From NCBI GenBank assembly GCA_963663135.2, contig CAXXRM010000005.1:99304-163303 (forward strand): a stretch of DNA of 64,000 nucleotides, given 5' to 3'. Positions 59,995 to 64,000 of this stretch are shown here, one piece after another (positions within the stretch are counted from its first letter, which is position 1; every line of letters starts with the position of its first letter). The notes under the pieces are model-generated. The model worked only from the letters and a program-made list of their open reading frames with translations. It made no database searches and was not told where the DNA came from. The translations under genes were made by a program, and so were the position numbers. This stretch comes from Dehalococcoidia bacterium. Its GTDB lineage: Bacteria > Chloroflexota > Dehalococcoidia > Lucifugimonadales > UBA3495.

Positions 59995-61398
59995 CTATAG
60001 GGGCGGGCGGGTCCGGTGGGGGCGGTGCAGGTCTTCCAGGGCGGCGCCGGCCCGGAGGACGGTTGCTTCTTCGAAGTGGCGGCCCACCAACTGCACGCCG
60101 ATGGGCAGGCCATTGCTGCTGAGGCCGAAGGGCACCGAAAGCGCGGGCGAGCCCGTCAGGTCGAAGGGGACCGTGCAGGTCAAGGCGTGGCGGGGCGGCG
60201 CAGTCTCTTCCCCGATTTCGTGGCGGCGGGTGTCGTGGGGATGGGCGGTCACCGGCCCGGAGGGACACAGCAACAGGTCGAAACGGGTCAACAGCGATGC
60301 CATCGCGGCCCGAAGTGACTCCACTTGTTCCATAGCCTCCAGGTATTCATCGTAGCCGGGCAGCGGGATGCTCAGGCGGCGCTGCATCGATTGGGCCAGC
60401 AGTTCCCGGCGGCCCTCGATTATCGGGTCCAGGTACCGGCTTCCTTCCGCTGAGAATATCCGGGCGGAAATCTGCTGCCCCGGCCAGTCCTGCCAGCCTT
60501 CCAGTTCCACTGGCTCGACCGCGCAGCCCAACTCGCCCAGCGCTGCGGCCGCGGCGCCGACCGTGTTCTGCACCTCCTGGTCCACAGGTGCGAACGGGCC
60601 TTCGGCGCACCAGGCCACGCGCAGCCCGGCAGGCGGGCCCAACTGCGAAAGCTCGGGGAGCGGCACCGGGAGCGCGTAGTGGTCGATGCCGTCCGGTCCG
60701 GCCATGAGATGCAGGGCCAGGGCGGCGTCCCCGACACTGCGGACGATGGGGCCGACGTGCATGAATCGCAGGAGGGTCTCGGGCCAGTGGCCCGTCAGGG
60801 GGATTCGACCGTGGGTGGCCTTGAGTCCGACGATGCCGCAGTAGTTCGCCGGCTCCCGAATGGAGCCGCCGACATCGCTGCCGATGCCCAGCGGCGACAT
60901 ACCGGAGGCGACGGCGGCGGCTTCTCCACCGCTGGAACCGCCGGGCGTTCGTCCGGTCATCCAGGGATTCTCGGTGCGCCCGTAAACCAGGTTGTCGGTT
61001 TCCCACCACAGGGCGAATTCGGGCATGTTGGACTTGGCGATAAAGATTCCGCCGGCTTCCTTCAGCCGCCGGACCACCGTGGCGTCGGCTGTAGGGACGT
61101 GGGTCTCGAAAAGCCGGGAGCCGCGGGTAGTAACGACGCCGGCGGTGTCCACGCAGTCCTTCACGGTGAACGGGACGCCGTGCAGCGGCCCCCAGGACTC
61201 GCCGCGCATGATGGCGGCTTCGGCTTCCCGGGCGCGGTCCATGACGCCGTCGGGGAAAGCGATGAGGGCGTTCAAACCGGGATTAACCGCCGCGATACGA
61301 TCAAGATGCGCCTGCACCACTTCAACCGGCGACAGTGAACGGTCGCGAATGCGGTGGGCCAAAGTTGTGGCGTCGGCGTAGAAAATGTCCTCGCTCAT
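59995..61398 (-). CDS. amidase (amidase-signature family, GatA-like)
   Basis: GGAGG SD. AS signature GGSSGGEAAAVASGMSPLGIGSDVGGSIREPA. Confidence 0.9.
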   Translation of the reverse strand: MSEDIFYADATTLAHRIRDRSLSPVEVVQAHLDRIAAVNPGLNALIAFPDGVMDRAREAEAAIMRGESWGPLHGVPFTVKDCVDTAGVVTTRGSRLFETHVPTADATVVRRLKEAGGIFIAKSNMPEFALWWETDNLVYGRTENPWMTGRTPGGSSGGEAAAVASGMSPLGIGSDVGGSIREPANYCGIVGLKATHGRIPLTGHWPETLLRFMHVGPIVRSVGDAALALHLMAGPDGIDHYALPVPLPELSQLGPPAGLRVAWCAEGPFAPVDQEVQNTVGAAAAALGELGCAVEPVELEGWQDWPGQQISARIFSAEGSRYLDPIIEGRRELLAQSMQRRLSIPLPGYDEYLEAMEQVESLRAAMASLLTRFDLLLCPSGPVTAHPHDTRRHEIGEETAPPRHALTCTVPFDLTGSPALSVPFGLSSNGLPIGVQLVGRHFEEATVLRAGAALEDLHRPHRTRPPL

Positions 61399-61500
61399 GG
61401 GTGTGCCTCCGGGTCGGATTTCCGGGATCTATTTCCCGGCTGGAATGGGCGTGAGCATCGCTGCGGCCCGGCGCCGCCAAGAGATTGTAGCCAAGGGATT

Positions 61501-62691
61501 CTAATGGATGGCGCCGGCGGGAGCGGCGGCCCGCTCGTTGACCAGCCGGCCATCGTGGAACCGGGACAGAGCAAAAGGCTTGATCAGGTCTGGAGTCCGG
61601 CCGGTGGCAATCAGGCTGGCGACGTTCTTTCCTGCGGCGGGCGCGGCCTTGAAGCCCCAACTGCCCCAGCCGCAGGAAAGTATGAAGCCGTCCAGCCCGT
61701 CCACCGGACCCATTATCGGGGAGTAGTCCGGCGTCATGTCGCACAGCCCGGCCCACTGCCGCAGCACCTTGACCCTGGCCAGGCACGGGAACATTTCCAG
61801 CGTGTGCCCGGCCAACTGCTCCATCGGCGGCAGTGTCGAGCGCATACTGTAGGACGGATACGGGTCTACGCCGCCGCCGATGACCACCTCGCCCCGGTCG
61901 GTCTGGTACACGTAGGCGTGCAGGTTGGCTGATGAGATGGTCTTGTCGAGGAAGGGTTTGAGCGGCTCGGTTACCATGGCCTGCAGCGGGTGGGTCGTGA
62001 TGGGGAGATCGACGCCGGCCAGGCGGGCCACCTCGCTGCTCCAACCGGCGGTAGCGTTGAGCACGACCTCGGCCTTGACCGGGCCACGGTCGGTCTCAAC
62101 GCCGGTGACGCAGCCGTTAGCCTGCTCGATGGCGGTGACCTCCGTGAAAGGGTGAAGCTCCGCTCCTCCGCGGTCTGCTCCCCGGGCGAACCCCCAGACC
62201 ACGGCGTCATGCCGCACCACGCCGCAGGGGGGATGGTAGAGCGCGCCGATGATGGGGTAAGGCAACCCCTCACGCAGGCTCATGGATGGCACCAGCCGCT
62301 TGATTTCGGCAGGGCCGATCATCCGGCTGTCCACGCCCAGGATGCGGTTGAACTCGGTGCGCATCCTCAGGGCATAGACGGCAGCATCGGTGTGGCCCAG
62401 GTCTAGCCTTCCCATCTGGTTGAACAGGATGTTGAAGTTGAGGTCTTTGGCCAATCCCTCGTAGAGCTTGACGCTCTCGTCAAAGAAGGGGATGCCCTCG
62501 GTGGTGAGATAGTTGGAGCGAATGATCGCCGTGGTGCGGGCGCTGGCGCCGCCGCCCAGATAACCTTTGTCGAAAACGGCCACGTCCTTAACGCCCAACT
62601 TGGTGAGGTAGTAGGCAGTGGCCAGTCCATGCACGCCGCCGCCAATGATGACCACGCGGTACCGGTCGCGCAACGGCCGCCGTTCCCACAT
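61501..62691 (-). CDS. soxB: FAD-dependent oxidoreductase, sarcosine oxidase beta-subunit-like
   Basis: YRVVIIGGGVHGLATAYYL dinucleotide fold, with SoxB-like motifs throughout. ATG at 62691 is preceded by AGGAAAGG. The listed start at 62718 is GTG. Confidence 0.82.
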   Translation of the reverse strand: MWERRPLRDRYRVVIIGGGVHGLATAYYLTKLGVKDVAVFDKGYLGGGASARTTAIIRSNYLTTEGIPFFDESVKLYEGLAKDLNFNILFNQMGRLDLGHTDAAVYALRMRTEFNRILGVDSRMIGPAEIKRLVPSMSLREGLPYPIIGALYHPPCGVVRHDAVVWGFARGADRGGAELHPFTEVTAIEQANGCVTGVETDRGPVKAEVVLNATAGWSSEVARLAGVDLPITTHPLQAMVTEPLKPFLDKTISSANLHAYVYQTDRGEVVIGGGVDPYPSYSMRSTLPPMEQLAGHTLEMFPCLARVKVLRQWAGLCDMTPDYSPIMGPVDGLDGFILSCGWGSWGFKAAPAAGKNVASLIATGRTPDLIKPFALSRFHDGRLVNERAAAPAGAIH

Positions 62692-62742
62692 CCTGCCTTT
62701 CCTAAAAACCTGAAACACTACTCAGTCCCGCAGGCTTGATTT

Positions 62743-62867
62743 ACCACAGAGAAATCAAACAGTTATGACGCGCTGGATACCGTCGCCCGGTGATGCTGTT
62801 CAAATCGTCCATGTGTTACGACCCAATACCCCAAGGAAAACTCCGTGCCCTCTGTGCTCTCTGTGGT
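62743..62867. repeat. palindromic intergenic repeat, copy C
   Basis: ACCACAGAGA (62743-62752) pairs with TCTCTGTGGT (62858-62867). The right half, GGAAAACTCCGTGCCCTCTGTGCTCTCTGTGGTTAA, is near-identical to copy A. Its last base overlaps the stop codon of the upstream gene. Confidence 0.65.
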
Positions 62868-63583
62868 TAATTTCCACTTCTGAATCTGGCAAGCGCTTCG
62901 GTTCCCACGGGGCCGCCGCCGGTTTCTGTTGCCGCGTCGATTAGGGCATCCCAGAGGTATTCGCCGAATTCTCTGCTGGCATAGAGTTGGTAGGCCGGTA
63001 TGCTTTGGATGTTACGGCGCAGCAGCAGACCTTGCACGTCGGCGAACCGGGCTTGGGCACAGGTGAGGTCCGGCATGGCGCGAGGCGAAATGTTCAGGTC
63101 GGTGATGCGGCTGATCAGCCGCGTTGAGGCCGGGCCGATGATCGAGACGCCGCACAGACCGGAGGTTATATCAACCACATGGGCGCAAATGGCATCGAGG
63201 TTGGGCATTGCATCTAACGCCGCCTGGACTTGGCCGGTGGGAGTGAGCACCAGCAACTCGTCGGCGGTCAGCCAAGCGGCCAGCAGGTTGCCGCCGCTCA
63301 GTTCGGCGAGCGAGCCCACCTCGCTCGCCTTGCCGGCAGCCAGTTCCGTCGCCGGGGGGGGCAGCGCCCCAACGGCCGCCGCAGCTCCGACGCCGACGAC
63401 CCGGAGCTTTCCAACGGGGCTGATGTCGGAGACGCCGACGGTGTCCCGCAGCCGCGCCGCCTCTTGTGACACGTCGCCGTACCCCGTGGGAAGTTGCCAC
63501 CCCTCAACCGTGGACATGACGGCCCCCATCGACAACTGGGCGTGGTACATGGCCGTGCGGCGTTCGGGGACAATGGCAGTCAT
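62867..63583 (-). CDS. GcvT-fold protein, sarcosine oxidase gamma-subunit-like
   Basis: MTAIVPERRTAMYHAQLSMGAVMSTVEGWQLPTGYGDVSQEAARLRDTVGVSDISPVGKLRV is an aminomethyltransferase-like N-terminus. Its position between the soxA-like and soxB-like genes fits. The listed ORF start at 63724 overlaps the upstream gene. Confidence 0.65.
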   Translation of the reverse strand: MTAIVPERRTAMYHAQLSMGAVMSTVEGWQLPTGYGDVSQEAARLRDTVGVSDISPVGKLRVVGVGAAAAVGALPPPATELAAGKASEVGSLAELSGGNLLAAWLTADELLVLTPTGQVQAALDAMPNLDAICAHVVDITSGLCGVSIIGPASTRLISRITDLNISPRAMPDLTCAQARFADVQGLLLRRNIQSIPAYQLYASREFGEYLWDALIDAATETGGGPVGTEALARFRSGN

Positions 63584-63587
63584 AGCG

Positions 63588-64000
63588 TCAGCTTCGCAGC
63601 CGGTGGCCTTCCGGGTCGTAGACCGGCTGGAGGGTAATGCGGGCGGTGACCGGACGATGGTCGACCAGCACCTCCATGGTTGCCCCGTCCTCAGCCAGGT
63701 GAGGCGGCACCCAGGCGAGGCCAAATCCCGTGCCCAGCGTGGGGCTGATGCGGGCGCTGGTCACGCGTCCGACGGGGCGGCCGCCACTCAGCACCGGTGT
63801 GCCGTCTTGCGGCGTATCCGCGTTGGACATGACGAAGCCCACCAGTTGCTCTCGGGGACCGCGCGCGGCGGCGATGGCCAGCCCGTCCCGCCCGATGAAG
63901 TCCTCCTTGTCGAAACGGACCGCCCACTCGGAACCCGCGTTCAGCGGCGTGGATGTGGCGTCGGTGTCCTGTCCGACGATGACGTGGCCCTTTTCCAGCC
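63588..64000 (-). CDS. soxA: sarcosine oxidase alpha-subunit-like protein, C-terminal (GcvT C-terminal barrel) part, 5' end outside window
   Basis: The frame is open to the window edge: LEKGHVIVGQDTDATSTPLNAGSEWAVRFDKEDFIGRDGL...QLVGFVMS...GRVTSARISPTLGTGFGLAWV...PVYDPEGHRLRS-stop. Confidence 0.72.
   Translation of the reverse strand, partial: LEKGHVIVGQDTDATSTPLNAGSEWAVRFDKEDFIGRDGLAIAAARGPREQLVGFVMSNADTPQDGTPVLSGGRPVGRVTSARISPTLGTGFGLAWVPPHLAEDGATMEVLVDHRPVTARITLQPVYDPEGHRLRS

Overview
This is a GC-rich bacterial chromosomal segment (GC judged by eye, not computed). The gene content includes deazaflavin/F420-type and PNPOx-type oxidoreductases, DinB, YCII and VOC proteins, a Thr/Pro-rich anchored surface protein and sarcosine-oxidase-like genes. 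That mix suggests a Chloroflexota-like aerobic heterotroph, but this is inference only. Intact housekeeping or backbone genes are sufU (partial), pyrG, tal, rho, rnd, amt, a liv-type amino-acid ABC operon, an amidase and soxB/G/A-like genes. An accessory island starts at tRNA-Lys(UUU) (22952-23025) and runs to about 34.3 kb. It holds a low-GC degraded gene split by an IS66/ISBst12-type element, a truncated ISNCY-type transposase, and a roughly 6.6-kb secreted kexin-like S8 protease gene. I reconstruct that protease gene from three ORFs (one in-frame TAA, one 1-nt indel, 3' end lost), and it sits next to a frameshifted lipoprotein gene. Other mobile DNA is a complete IS5/IS427-group element (5090-5973, TTA duplication) and an IS3-OrfA relic. 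About nine accessory genes are disrupted while core genes are intact. I found no CRISPR array and no rRNA. I cannot point to one clearly novel multi-gene system. The best candidates for follow-up are: the split giant protease locus; a translationally coupled DUF1538x2/P-II/CBS cassette; a BacNav-type channel with a TLEGW (Cav-like) filter; a circularly permuted ATP-grasp/Alpha-E/transglutaminase triad next to higBA; and a dispersed palindromic intergenic repeat family (three copies). All family assignments come from motif recognition by eye, and no database search was run.
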